32,000 bases of DNA from Xanthomonas campestris pv. campestris str. ATCC 33913 (GTDB lineage Bacteria > Pseudomonadota > Gammaproteobacteria > Xanthomonadales > Xanthomonadaceae). The position numbers and the translations under genes were made by a program. Below the pieces are notes generated by a model that searched no databases, was not told the DNA's origin, and worked only from the letters and a program-made list of their open reading frames with translations. The stretch spans positions 1,957,436-1,989,435 of the forward strand of contig NC_003902.1 in NCBI RefSeq assembly GCF_000007145.1, given 5' to 3'. This document shows, piece by piece, positions 1 through 9,010 of the stretch. Numbering within the stretch: position 1 is the first letter of the stretch; the number at the start of each line of letters is the position of its first letter.

Positions 1-217
1 AGAACACCACCAGGTCCGGCTGCGCCGCCTGCAGCGCGCCGGGGTAGTCCTGCACGTCGTCGGCAAGCATGGCATCGAACAGGCTCAAACGATGGCCGTG
101 TTCGCGCAGCAAGGCGGCCACCTGCAACGTGGCAAGCGGCGGATAGGGCTTGCCGCGTTCCCATTGTTTGGGGTCGTAACGCAGGAAGTACGAATGGCTG
201 ACCTGGATCTTTAGCAT
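1..217 (-). CDS. B12-binding-domain radical SAM protein, N-terminal fragment (gene continues beyond the left window edge)
   Basis: Reading the minus strand from the ATG at 217-215 gives MLKIQVSHSYFLRYDPKQWERGKPYPPLATLQVAALLREHGHRLSLFDAMLADDVQDYPGALQAAQPDLVVF, with no stop before the edge. The pattern PPLATL..AALLRE.GH.L.LFDA followed by PDLVV is typical of the N-terminal cobalamin-binding module of class B radical SAM enzymes. The CxxxCxxC core lies outside the window, so the call rests on 72 aa. The ORF is truncated and is absent from the supplied track. Confidence 0.55.
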   Translation of the reverse strand, partial: MLKIQVSHSYFLRYDPKQWERGKPYPPLATLQVAALLREHGHRLSLFDAMLADDVQDYPGALQAAQPDLVVF

Positions 218-436
218 CTGCGCAAGGTTCTCGTTCTGTCGCCAGGTGGGCGCAGCAGCGGCGCGCGCAAGACACCGGCATTCGGCTCGGCAGTAGGTGC
301 GCATGCAAGCCACTTTGGTTGTGCCGATGCACGAGCCGTGCGCTGCGCGCCGTTCATGCGCGCGGCGGGCAATGCACGCAACCTTTCGGCGGCCGAGCCG
401 CACACACCGGCTGAACTTGTGCACGGATGAAACGGC

Positions 437-1525
437 ATGCCGCAATCGGCCGCAGTGGCGGAATTGGCGCCAATCAGCGCGTTGCGGGCGGAGCGCGCGC
501 ACGCTGCAATGCCGGCCCCGCTGGATCCGTTTGACGAGCAAGGGCCACGCCGGCATGGCGTGCGCAAGCAGGTACTTGGCGCGTCGTTCCACTTCGAAAG
601 CGACAGCCCGGCGCTGCTTTCGCTGGTTGAGGCCGCGTACGCCGGGCTGCCTGCGCATCGCTTCGATGGCGCCCCGCAGTTCCATATCACCCTGGATGTG
701 GTGGCGCGTGCGCCGCGGCTGCCGGTGGCCGAGCCGCCGCCGGTTCGCACGCATGCCGCTGCCGGTCTGCTGTGCGGGGTGATGGACGAATGCAACTACC
801 TGATGGTGTCGGTCGCCGAGCGGCGCGCCATGGTGGTGGTGTCGGACGACATGCTGATGCATGCCTATCACCTGCGCTACGAGTTGATCGAATTCGCGGT
901 GTTCCTGTTGGCAGCGCGTGGCATGTCGCTGGTGCCGCTGCACGGCGCCTGCGTTGGCTGGCAGGGACATGGTGCGCTCTTGCTCGGGGCCAGTGGCGCC
1001 GGCAAGTCGACCCTGGCCTTGCACAGCCTGTTGCGTGGGCTGCAGTTCGTGGCAGAAGACGGTGTCTTTGTGGAGCCGCACAGCCTGGTCGCAACCGGTG
1101 TAGCCAATTTCCTGCACCTGCGGCCGGCATCACTGGGCCTGCTGGACGCACCCACCCGCGCCTGGATCAGTGCGGCCCCCACCATCCGGCGGCGCAGCGG
1201 GGTGGAAAAGTTCGAGGTCGATCTGCGCGATAGCCGCGCGGTGCTCGCGCCGGCCCCGCTGCCGTTGGCGGCGGTGGTGTTGCTGAGCGATGTGCCGGCC
1301 ACCGATCCGGCCCACCTGCTGACGCCAATGGCGCACGAGGAGATCGCTGCATGCCTGGCGGCGGATCAGCCATATGCAGCTGGCCAGCCCGGCTGGTCGC
1401 ATTTCATCGCGCAGGTGCAGCAGCGTGGCGTATACCGCATGCAACGCGGCGCGCATCCGGATGCCGCAGTGGATGCGCTGCTGCAGCTGCTGCACCGCGC
1501 CGCATCCTCACTGCCGGGCGCGTGA
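437..1525 (+). CDS. HPr kinase/phosphorylase C-terminal-domain-like P-loop protein (HprK-related kinase family)
   Basis: A 362-aa ORF with good GC3 bias. It contains LLLGASGAGKSTLALHSLLRGLQFVAEDGVFV. This matches the HprK Walker A plus downstream acidic motif (GxSGxGKS..L...G..LVADD). An in-frame stop at 428-430 limits the N-terminus. Alternative starts are ATG 509 and GTG 557. Confidence 0.65.
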   Translation: MPQSAAVAELAPISALRAERAHAAMPAPLDPFDEQGPRRHGVRKQVLGASFHFESDSPALLSLVEAAYAGLPAHRFDGAPQFHITLDVVARAPRLPVAEPPPVRTHAAAGLLCGVMDECNYLMVSVAERRAMVVVSDDMLMHAYHLRYELIEFAVFLLAARGMSLVPLHGACVGWQGHGALLLGASGAGKSTLALHSLLRGLQFVAEDGVFVEPHSLVATGVANFLHLRPASLGLLDAPTRAWISAAPTIRRRSGVEKFEVDLRDSRAVLAPAPLPLAAVVLLSDVPATDPAHLLTPMAHEEIAACLAADQPYAAGQPGWSHFIAQVQQRGVYRMQRGAHPDAAVDALLQLLHRAASSLPGA

Positions 1526-1549
1526 GCGCATGGCGCACGACGTGAACCC

Positions 1550-3265
1550 ATGACGAGCGCTGAAATGGACGCCGCCACATCGCGTGCATCGGTCCGCGTG
1601 GTGGTGCGCAACTTTGCCGCCACGCTGGTGCGTGCCGATCGCAGCCGCATTGCGCTCTACGTGCTGCTGTCGCTCGCCGCCGCTTTGGCGGGCAGCGCGG
1701 TGGCCGTGTGCCTGGTGCCGCTGGTGCAGCCCGGCCAGGGCCTGCGCGTGGCCGGGCAGGTACTGGTCCTGCCCGGCGGCCTGCCATTGCAGGCAAGCCT
1801 GTTCGTCCTGGTGAGCCTGCTGTTTGCCGTGTTGCGCTGGCAGAGCGCGCGGTTGGCGGCCCGCTTGACCAGCCGCTATGCCATTGGCCTGCGCCAGCGC
1901 GTGCATGCCTCCTTGCTCGAGGCGCCATTGCCGGCCTTGGCCGATGCCAGCTCGGCGGAAATCGCCAACGTGCTGACCTACAACATCGAGATCGCCACGC
2001 AGGGGTTCAGTGCGGTGCTGCAGTTGCTGGTGGCCGGCATCACCGCAGTGGTGAGTGTGTGTCTGGCGCTGTTGATCGTGCCGGGTCTGGCTGCCGCCGC
2101 GCCGGTGTTGCTGGTGCTGGCCTGGTGCGGGCTGCGGGCTTCGGGCAGTGCGCAGCAGGCCCGTATCAGTCGCGACTACGTGGCCGACATGACCCGGCTG
2201 TTCTGGCTGAGCGAGGACTTCCCGCGGCGGCTGCGCCACGTGCGCTCGTTCCAGCGCGAGGATGTCGAAACCGGCCACTACACGCGCATTTCCGATCGCC
2301 TGGGGCAGGGCTACGCGCAGCAGCAGGCACTGGTGGCCAACAGCCGCCTGCTGCTGGAGCTCACCGCAGTGGCCGCCATCGCCGGCATTCTGGTGGTGGC
2401 CAACCTGTGGCAGGGCGCCGATCGCGCCGCGTTGATCACCGTCAGCCTGTTGCTGGGCCGCCTGCTGCCGTATCTGGTGTCCACCCGGCAAAGCGTGCAG
2501 CAGTTGCGTTCGGCGTGGCCGGCCTTGCAACTGTGGCGCCGCTATGTGGCGCTTGCCGCCCCGCGCAGTGAATCCACACGTGCTGATGCTTCGACATTGC
2601 CGGCGCCGCTGCAGATTGATCGCGTCACGCTGCTGCAGCCACTGTCCGCGCTGCAGATTCCCCCCCTGGCGCTGGTGCCCGGGCAGATCACCCTGGTGGT
2701 GGGGCCATCGGGCATCGGCAAGAGCAGCCTGATGGATGTGCTGTCGGGCCAGACCGCGCCGTTGCACCTGCAGGCACGCATGGCGGGCCGCATGCTCGGG
2801 TTTCCCGAGTACCGCGCACTGATCCGCCACAGCGCCTATGTGGGGCAGGGCGTACGGCCATGGCAGCGATGCGTGCGCGATTGCCTGAAGTGGGCGCTGC
2901 CCGGCGCGTTGGAGGCAGACATGTGGGCGGCGCTTGCCGATGTCGGCCTGGGTGCGCGGCTGCAGCGCGATCCGCTCGGGCTGGATGCGCCGATCAATGG
3001 CAGCGATGGCCGGCTCTCCGGCGGTGAACTGCAACGGCTGTTGCTGGCACAAGTGTTGTTGCGCGCCCCAGCGCTGGCCTTGCTGGACGAAGCGACCAGC
3101 GCACTGGATGCGCAGTCTGAGCAACAGGTGCTGTGCATGTTGCGCCAGCGGTTACCGCAGACCGCGCTGGTGGTGGTCTCGCATCGCACCAGCTTGGCCA
3201 GCATCGCTGACCACACAGTGCCCCTGGGTGCTGCGGCGACTACCCCCGCGGAAGCCGTGCCGTAG
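1550..3265 (+). CDS. ABC exporter, fused permease and ATP-binding protein
   Basis: 571 aa. The N-terminal half is hydrophobic with multiple TM segments. The C-terminal NBD has Walker A GPSGIGKSS, Q-loop YVGQ, signature LSGGELQRL, Walker B LALLDEATSALD and H-loop VVVSHR. No N-terminal C39 peptidase domain is present. It starts 24 nt after the HprK-like stop, so the two are probably one operon. An alternative start is ATG 1565. Confidence 0.85.
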   Translation: MTSAEMDAATSRASVRVVVRNFAATLVRADRSRIALYVLLSLAAALAGSAVAVCLVPLVQPGQGLRVAGQVLVLPGGLPLQASLFVLVSLLFAVLRWQSARLAARLTSRYAIGLRQRVHASLLEAPLPALADASSAEIANVLTYNIEIATQGFSAVLQLLVAGITAVVSVCLALLIVPGLAAAAPVLLVLAWCGLRASGSAQQARISRDYVADMTRLFWLSEDFPRRLRHVRSFQREDVETGHYTRISDRLGQGYAQQQALVANSRLLLELTAVAAIAGILVVANLWQGADRAALITVSLLLGRLLPYLVSTRQSVQQLRSAWPALQLWRRYVALAAPRSESTRADASTLPAPLQIDRVTLLQPLSALQIPPLALVPGQITLVVGPSGIGKSSLMDVLSGQTAPLHLQARMAGRMLGFPEYRALIRHSAYVGQGVRPWQRCVRDCLKWALPGALEADMWAALADVGLGARLQRDPLGLDAPINGSDGRLSGGELQRLLLAQVLLRAPALALLDEATSALDAQSEQQVLCMLRQRLPQTALVVVSHRTSLASIADHTVPLGAAATTPAEAVP

Positions 3266-3344
3266 CGCAGCGGCCCGCATGACCATCAACGCACGACACG
3301 CGTGCGACTCCGCACGGCTTCACGCTACACGGCGCTACATGGCA

Positions 3345-4763
3345 TTACCCCGCGATGTCTTCCAAAGCACGATTGCGCGTGCGTGGGCCGAACGCAGCAA
3401 TCACGCTGGCCACGATCGTCATGCTGATCACGATGAAGGCCAGCACGCCGTGGCTGCCGGTCTGCGCCAGCAGCCAACCGATCAACACGCTGCTGCCGGC
3501 CGTAGACAACCGGCTGAAGGAATAGCAAAAACCCACCGCACGTGCGCGCAGTGCCGTGGGGAACAGTTCGGCCTGGTAGCCGTGGTAGGCAAAGCTCATC
3601 CACGCATTGCAGAAGGCAATCATCGCCCCGCAGGCAATCATGCCCAGCGGCGCGTGCTGTAGCGCGAAGAGCACGCCAAATACCACTGCACCCAGAGCCG
3701 ATGCACTGATCTGCCATTTGTTTTCCCAGCGATGCGCAACACGCAGCAGCAACAGTGGCGCCAGTGGGTAAGCGAGTGAAATCGCAAAGGCATACGCCAG
3801 GCTCTTGGTCACCCCGGCGCCTTGCGCGTTGATGAGCGCAGGCAGCCAGTTGCCGAAACCGAAGAAGCCGATGGCCTGGAAGATCTGGAACACCACCAGC
3901 ATGCCGATACGCCCGCGGTAGGGCGGCCGCCACAATGCGGATAGACGGCTGTCGGGTGCGGCGACCCGTTGCACCGGTTCCGGCGGCGGCAACGCCCGGC
4001 CAAGATCGCGGCTGCAGGCAGCTTCGAGCTGGGCCATCACCGCTTCGGCCTCGGCATGCCGCCCTTGCGCCGCCAGCCAGCGTGCGGACTCCGGCAGCCG
4101 GCTGCGCAGCCACCAGATCGCCAGCGCAAACACACCGCTCAGCAATACCACCCAGCGCCAGCCGCTGACACCCAGCGGCGCGTGCGGCACCAGCAGCCAG
4201 GCGCTCAGCGCCACGCTGGGCACCGCCAGGAACTGCAGGAAAAACGCGAACGCAAATGCGGCCCCGCGCATGTGACGCGGTACCAGTTCGGACAGGTAGG
4301 TATCGATGGTCACCAGTTCGATGCCCAGCCCGATCCCCACCACAAAGCGCAGCACGATCACTGCCGTGGCAGTGCTCTGCAGGCCCATGGCCACCGTGGC
4401 GGCGGTGTACCAGACCAACGCCACGGTGAACACCAGGCGGCGACCGAAGCGATCGGCAAAGGGGCTGAGCAGGGCGGCCCCGACGAACAGACCAAGAAAG
4501 GTCGCCGCGGCAAACGCGGCTTGATCGGACATGCCGAAGGCGCCGTCATTGCCGCTGGCAAAGATGCCGTCGCGAATGAGCCCCGGGCTGATATAGGCGG
4601 TCTGGAAAAGGTCGTACAACTCGAAGAAACCGCCCAGCGCCAGCAGCCCGACCAGCCGCCACAGCGTGGCGCTGGCGGGCAGGCGGTCGATGCGCGCGGC
4701 GATCTGCGCACTGCTCGCCGTCGCGGCAGCGGAGGTGGAAGAAGACGTCATTGCAGGCGCCAA
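3345..4763 (-). CDS. MFS transporter (metabolite/sugar:H+ symporter-like)
   Basis: 472 aa with about 12 hydrophobic segments. It carries the MFS loop motif [11 protein letters not shown] and a central cytoplasmic loop ([19 protein letters not shown]) typical of the sugar-porter/MHS group. An alternative start is ATG 4751. Confidence 0.85.
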   Translation of the reverse strand: MAPAMTSSSTSAAATASSAQIAARIDRLPASATLWRLVGLLALGGFFELYDLFQTAYISPGLIRDGIFASGNDGAFGMSDQAAFAAATFLGLFVGAALLSPFADRFGRRLVFTVALVWYTAATVAMGLQSTATAVIVLRFVVGIGLGIELVTIDTYLSELVPRHMRGAAFAFAFFLQFLAVPSVALSAWLLVPHAPLGVSGWRWVVLLSGVFALAIWWLRSRLPESARWLAAQGRHAEAEAVMAQLEAACSRDLGRALPPPEPVQRVAAPDSRLSALWRPPYRGRIGMLVVFQIFQAIGFFGFGNWLPALINAQGAGVTKSLAYAFAISLAYPLAPLLLLRVAHRWENKWQISASALGAVVFGVLFALQHAPLGMIACGAMIAFCNAWMSFAYHGYQAELFPTALRARAVGFCYSFSRLSTAGSSVLIGWLLAQTGSHGVLAFIVISMTIVASVIAAFGPRTRNRALEDIAG

Positions 4764-5174
4764 GTGGCAGGGCGCCTGAGCATAGCCAAGCCAGCTGCGG
4801 CATTGCGCAGTGCGGCTTCGCTACCTGCGCTGCATGTTCGCAAGGGGGTGTGTGCTCGCCTGACATGCCCGCTGGCGGAGGGCTGCAGCGCGGCTTTGCG
4901 TGATTTCACCACTGCGAAATGCACGCGCGATGCCGTGCCCCACATGCGCACGTATGCGTCGCGGCTGCCGTTTCGCTGGCCATCAATCCGCTCAAGCAAG
5001 CCCGACCATTCCCGCGACACAGTACGCTTCGCTGCCGTCTGCCCGACCGCCACAGACGCGCCCACCGGTGTTCACCTGCTGGGACGCTGTAATCCCCCAG
5101 CCAGCCCTTGTACCGCTGGCAATGCGCGCAGCGCAGCCCCATCTCTGTCCCATCATTCTTCCCGGAGTCATCCA

Positions 5175-6176
5175 ATGACGCCCATTTCCGTGCTGGACCT
5201 GGCACCGGTCTGCGAAGGCAGCGACACCACCCACGCCTTCGCCAACATGCTCGATCTCGCGCAGCACGCCGAACGCTGGGGCTACCAGCGCTACTGGCTT
5301 GCCGAGCACCACAACATGCCGGGCATCGCCAGCGCTGCTACCGCGGTGTTGATCGGCCATGTCGCCGGTGGCACCAGGACCATCCGCGTGGGCGCTGGCG
5401 GCATCATGTTGCCCAACCACGCCCCGCTGCAGGTGGCCGAGCAGTTCGGCACGCTGGCCTCGCTGTATCCGCAGCGGATCGACCTGGGCCTGGGCCGCGC
5501 GCCCGGCACCGACCAGCCCACCGCCCGCGCCCTGCGCCGGTACTTCGACAATGCCGACCAATTCCCGCAGGACGTGGCCGAACTGCTGCGCTATTTCGCG
5601 CCGGCCGTGCCGGGCCAGTTGGTGCAGGCCGTGCCCGGTGCGGGCCTGGACGTGCCGGTGTGGCTGCTCGGCTCCAGCCTGTTCAGTGCGCGGCTGGCCG
5701 CGGCGATGGGGCTGTCGTTTGCCTTTGCCTCGCACTTCGCACCCGATGCAATGGATGAAGCAGTGGCAATTTACCGCCGCGAGTTCCGTCCCTCCGCGCA
5801 GCTGTCCAAGCCGTACGTGATGCTGGCGCTGAACGTAGTGGCTGCCGAAACGCACGCGCAGGCACGCAAGTTGTTCACCACCCAGCAGCAGAGCTTCGTC
5901 AACCTGCGTCGCGGCCGGCCGGGCAAGATTCCGCCGCCGGTGGACGACATCGAAACGTTCTGGCAGCCGCATGAAAAAGCCGGCGTGGAGCGTGCATTGG
6001 CCTGCACCGTGCTCGGCGATGCAGATCAGGTGGCGCAGGGCGTTGCCGCCTTCATCGAGCGGCACGCACCGGACGAGCTGTTGTTCACCGCCAATATCTA
6101 CGAGCACGCCGCGCGTCTGCGCTCGTTCGAGATCGCTGCGGCGGCCTGCCGCGAGCTGGACGTGACCACCGCGTGA
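5175..6176 (+). CDS. LLM-class (luciferase-like) flavin-dependent oxidoreductase, YhbW-like group
   Basis: The track ORF 3969-6176 is over-extended. The homologous part begins at ATG 5175 with [12 protein letters not shown]...[79 protein letters not shown], the hallmark N-terminus of this family. Confidence 0.85.
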   Translation: MTPISVLDLAPVCEGSDTTHAFANMLDLAQHAERWGYQRYWLAEHHNMPGIASAATAVLIGHVAGGTRTIRVGAGGIMLPNHAPLQVAEQFGTLASLYPQRIDLGLGRAPGTDQPTARALRRYFDNADQFPQDVAELLRYFAPAVPGQLVQAVPGAGLDVPVWLLGSSLFSARLAAAMGLSFAFASHFAPDAMDEAVAIYRREFRPSAQLSKPYVMLALNVVAAETHAQARKLFTTQQQSFVNLRRGRPGKIPPPVDDIETFWQPHEKAGVERALACTVLGDADQVAQGVAAFIERHAPDELLFTANIYEHAARLRSFEIAAAACRELDVTTA

Positions 6177-6236
6177 TTCACGTTGCTTTGCGCACAGATC
6201 CGCTCAGATGCAGCCACATCTATTGGGAGTGACTGC

Positions 6237-6737
6237 ATGCAGATCCAGGAACGTGGCGAGAGCATCAAACAATTGGCGGAATTGATCCGCGGGGTGAACG
6301 TGGCAATGTTCACCACCGTGTCGGCCGACGGCCGGCTGGTCAGCCGGCCGCTCGGCACGCAGGAAGTGGAGTTCGATGGCGACCTGTGGTTTGCCACCGC
6401 CGCCGACAGCCCGAAGGTGGCCGAAATCGCCGCCGACCCGCGCGTCAATGTCGCCTATGCCTCAGCATCGAAGAACAGCTACGTCTCGGTGGCCGGCACT
6501 GCGCGGGTGATCGATGACCGCGCCAAGATCGAGCAACTGTGGTCGCCGGCAATGAAGGTATTTTTCCCAGGTGGAAAGGACGACCCGAACCTGCGCCTGA
6601 TCCACGTGCGCGCCGAATCGGCCGAGTATTGGGATGGCCCCGGCGGGCTGCTCGGCAAGGCGCTGTACTTCGTGATGACTGCAGTGACCGACGATCCGGG
6701 CAGCCTGTCGGACAACCGCGTCGTGGACCTCAAGTAA
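6237..6737 (+). CDS. Pyridoxamine 5'-phosphate oxidase-like / general stress protein 26 family protein
   Basis: Starting at ATG 6237: MQIQERGESIKQLAELIRGVNVAMFTTVSADGRLVSRPL...DLWFATAADSPKVAEIAADPRVNVAY...LWSPAMKVFFPGGKDDPNLRLIHVRAESAEYWD. This is the conserved PNPOx-like split-barrel pattern. Confidence 0.75.
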   Translation: MQIQERGESIKQLAELIRGVNVAMFTTVSADGRLVSRPLGTQEVEFDGDLWFATAADSPKVAEIAADPRVNVAYASASKNSYVSVAGTARVIDDRAKIEQLWSPAMKVFFPGGKDDPNLRLIHVRAESAEYWDGPGGLLGKALYFVMTAVTDDPGSLSDNRVVDLK

Positions 6738-6768
6738 AGCGGGTGATGCAGCTGCCTGTCGCCTGCGC

Positions 6769-7443
6769 TCAGCGCCAGGCGGCAGGCCACCAGCCACGGA
6801 TCAGGTCCACCAATTGGTCGGAGGTCACGCCAAAGGCGGCCACCGACAGCAACGCTGCGCCCCAGCCAACCAGCAGCAAGGCGCCATCGCGTTCGAGCAA
6901 TGCCAGCGCGAACAGCAGCAGGATCAGCCCGAAGATGTAGTTGGTGAACGGGATCGGCAGGGTCAGCAGAATGCCGACCAGCACCAGCAGCAATCCGGTG
7001 AATACCTGCGCTGGACGGCGATCGACCAAACCGTGCAGACGCGGCTTGAGCATCCGGTCCAGGCGTCGCAGCGTTGGCGCCAGCCGCGTCATGAAGCGTT
7101 GGCCGGTACTGCGGCGCGGCCCGCGTTCGCCAATGAAGCGCGGCACCCAGGGCTTGCGCAGGCAGCACATCATCTGCACGCCAATGAGTACCGTCAGCGG
7201 GCCGCTGATGCCGCCGGCTATGCCCGGAATCGGGATGAACGATGGCAGGATCGCCAGGAACAGAAACACGCCGAACGCGCTCTGCTGCAGGTCGGCCAGG
7301 ATCTCGCGCACGCGCAGCACCTGCTGCGGGTCGCCGTCGCTGAAGGCAGCCAGCAGGCTGCGGATACCTTCGTTGCGGTAGCGCATCTGCTCGCTGTCTG
7401 CCGCCGCATCGGGCGGCGGCGCGGCATCACCCGACGATGTCAT
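6769..7443 (-). CDS. ExoD-family (exopolysaccharide synthesis) membrane protein
   Basis: The conserved core is FGVFLFLAILPSFIPIPGIAGGISGPLTVLIGVQMMCCLRKPWVPRFI plus C-terminal TM segments. The ATG at 7443 has a GAGGA 5 nt upstream and overlaps the end of the upstream gene by 17 nt. An alternative start is ATG 7386. The longer track form (to 7671) would overlap the upstream gene by 245 nt. Confidence 0.7.
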   Translation of the reverse strand: MTSSGDAAPPPDAAADSEQMRYRNEGIRSLLAAFSDGDPQQVLRVREILADLQQSAFGVFLFLAILPSFIPIPGIAGGISGPLTVLIGVQMMCCLRKPWVPRFIGERGPRRSTGQRFMTRLAPTLRRLDRMLKPRLHGLVDRRPAQVFTGLLLVLVGILLTLPIPFTNYIFGLILLLFALALLERDGALLLVGWGAALLSVAAFGVTSDQLVDLIRGWWPAAWR

Positions 7444-8737
7444 CGCTGTCCTCGTCGCCAACGCGGCGCAACAGCAGTTTGTCCACGCGCGCACCGTCCA
7501 GGTCGACGATCTCGATGCGCCAGCCGGCCCAGTCGAAGAATTCGCCGGCCTGCGGAATGCGGCCGAAGTAGTAGATGCACAGGCCCGCGAGCGTGTGGTA
7601 ATCGCCCTCATCGGCTTCCGGCAGCTCGGCGCCCAGCACTTCGCGCAGTTCTTCCACCGGCAGCGAGCCATCGATCAGCAGCGAGCCGTCTGCGCGCGTG
7701 ACCACCAGCGCATCGTCGTCGGTGTTTTCCACCGACTGCAGGCGGCCGACCACGGCGCCCATCAGGTCGCTGATGGTGACCAGCCCGCGAATCTCGCCGT
7801 ATTCGTCTACCACCAGCGCCATCGATTGCTGTTCTTCGCGGAAGATTTCCAGCAGCTTCATCGCATGCGTGGATTCGGAGACGAACAAGGTGTCGCGCAG
7901 GTTCTGGAACAACTGCGCGCCGTGGCCATCCATGCGGGTCACCAGCGATTTGACTTCCAGCACGCCGGCAATGTCCTGGTCGCTGCCGCGGTACACCGGG
8001 TAGCGCGAGAACTCGTGTTCGCGCATCACATGCAGATTGCGTTCGGGTTCGGCGTTGGCATCCAGCCAGGCGATGCGGTTGCGTGGCGTCATCAGGCTGT
8101 CGGCGGTGCGGTCGCCCAGGCGCATCACCCGGTTCATCATGTCGCGCTCGTGCGCGTCGATCACGCCGGCTTCGTGGCTTTCGGCCACCAGCATGCGGAT
8201 CTCTTCTTCGCTGACAGACGCCGATTCGTCCTTGCCCATGCCCAACATGCGCAGCACCAGCCGGGTGGAGCGCGCCAGCACCCACACGCCGGGCGCGGCG
8301 ATCTTCGCCAGCCAGGCCATCGGCACGGCCACCACGCCGGCAATGTCTTCGGAATTGCGCAGGGCCAGGCGCTTGGGCACCAGCTCGCCGAAGATCAGCG
8401 TCAGGAAGGTGATCAGCGCCACCGCCAGGGTCTTGCCGATCACCGGCGCGTACGGGTCCAGCGCCGGCACGATGCCCTGCAGCCAGGTGCCGATGGCGAT
8501 GCCGATCGCCTCGCCGCCGAACACGCCGGTCAGGATGCCGATCAGGGTGATGCCGATCTGGACCGTGGACAGGAAGTTTTCCGGGCTCTCGGCCAGGGCC
8601 AGCGCCCGCGCGGCGCGCTTGCTCGAGCCTGCCATCTGCTTCAGGCGGCTCTTGCGAGACGTCATCAGCGACATCTCCGACATGGCGAAGAAGCCGTTCA
8701 ACAGAATCAGGGCGATGACGATCAGGAACTCAACCAC
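7427..8737 (-). CDS. CNNM/TlyC-family protein (DUF21 transmembrane domain, CBS pair and CorC_HlyC domain)
   Basis: 436 aa with a GTG start. The N-terminus LLNGFFAMSEMSLMTSRKSRL is the DUF21 signature. A CBS pair follows in the middle region. The C-terminal part (HTLAGLCIYYFGRIPQAGEFFDWAGWRIEIVDLDGARVDKLLL) is a CorC_HlyC transporter-associated domain. Confidence 0.9.
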   Translation of the reverse strand: MVEFLIVIALILLNGFFAMSEMSLMTSRKSRLKQMAGSSKRAARALALAESPENFLSTVQIGITLIGILTGVFGGEAIGIAIGTWLQGIVPALDPYAPVIGKTLAVALITFLTLIFGELVPKRLALRNSEDIAGVVAVPMAWLAKIAAPGVWVLARSTRLVLRMLGMGKDESASVSEEEIRMLVAESHEAGVIDAHERDMMNRVMRLGDRTADSLMTPRNRIAWLDANAEPERNLHVMREHEFSRYPVYRGSDQDIAGVLEVKSLVTRMDGHGAQLFQNLRDTLFVSESTHAMKLLEIFREEQQSMALVVDEYGEIRGLVTISDLMGAVVGRLQSVENTDDDALVVTRADGSLLIDGSLPVEELREVLGAELPEADEGDYHTLAGLCIYYFGRIPQAGEFFDWAGWRIEIVDLDGARVDKLLLRRVGDEDSDDIVG

Positions 8738-9010
8738 GGGCGCATTCCCCGGTCAGTGAAGGGGAGGGCGGGGTGATACGCAGGTCGCCGGCGGCCTCAA
8801 GGGCGGAGCGGCAACAGGGGGGGCTAGGGTCGTCTTCCATAGGATGCGCCCGAAGGCGCGGTGGCATGTTAGCAAATCACAGGGTGGTTCGAGCCGGGAA
8901 ATGCCCATGTGAAGGGGCTGCGCAGCGCCGATATACCCAGACAGGTCATGGAACGGTCATAATTCGCCCTTGGTGCCGTCTCTCCCTCGACGGCAGGAAG
9001 TCCTCCACCC

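Noticed and set aside
1508-3124. 538-aa minus-strand ORF opposite the ABC exporter
   Set aside because: It is antisense to a gene with a complete set of ABC motifs. Its composition (Q/R/H/A/G runs) is artefactual and no motif is recognisable.
3969-5174. N-terminal 400-aa extension of the ORF containing the LLM oxidoreductase (track ORF 3969-6176)
   Set aside because: The extension runs antisense through the MFS gene and the intergenic region and has Arg/Pro/Gln-rich junk composition. Family homology begins exactly at MTPISVLDL (ATG 5175).
6769-7671. Long 300-aa form of the ExoD ORF
   Set aside because: It would overlap the CNNM/TlyC gene by 245 nt. The extra N-terminal part is Cys/Arg/Ala-rich and unlike ExoD. 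The ATG at 7443, with its GAGGA RBS, is preferred.
8878-8900. tRNA-like T-arm string (ggtggttcgagccggg)
   Set aside because: No acceptor stem, anticodon arm or D-arm can be built around it, so the similarity is a chance match.
8738-9010. Possible Pho box or regulatory element upstream of the DUF47-PiT pair; small hairpin tgccgtc/gacggca at 8974-8995
   Set aside because: I could not find tandem CTGTCAT-like Pho-box repeats. The 7-bp hairpin alone is too weak to call a regulatory feature.
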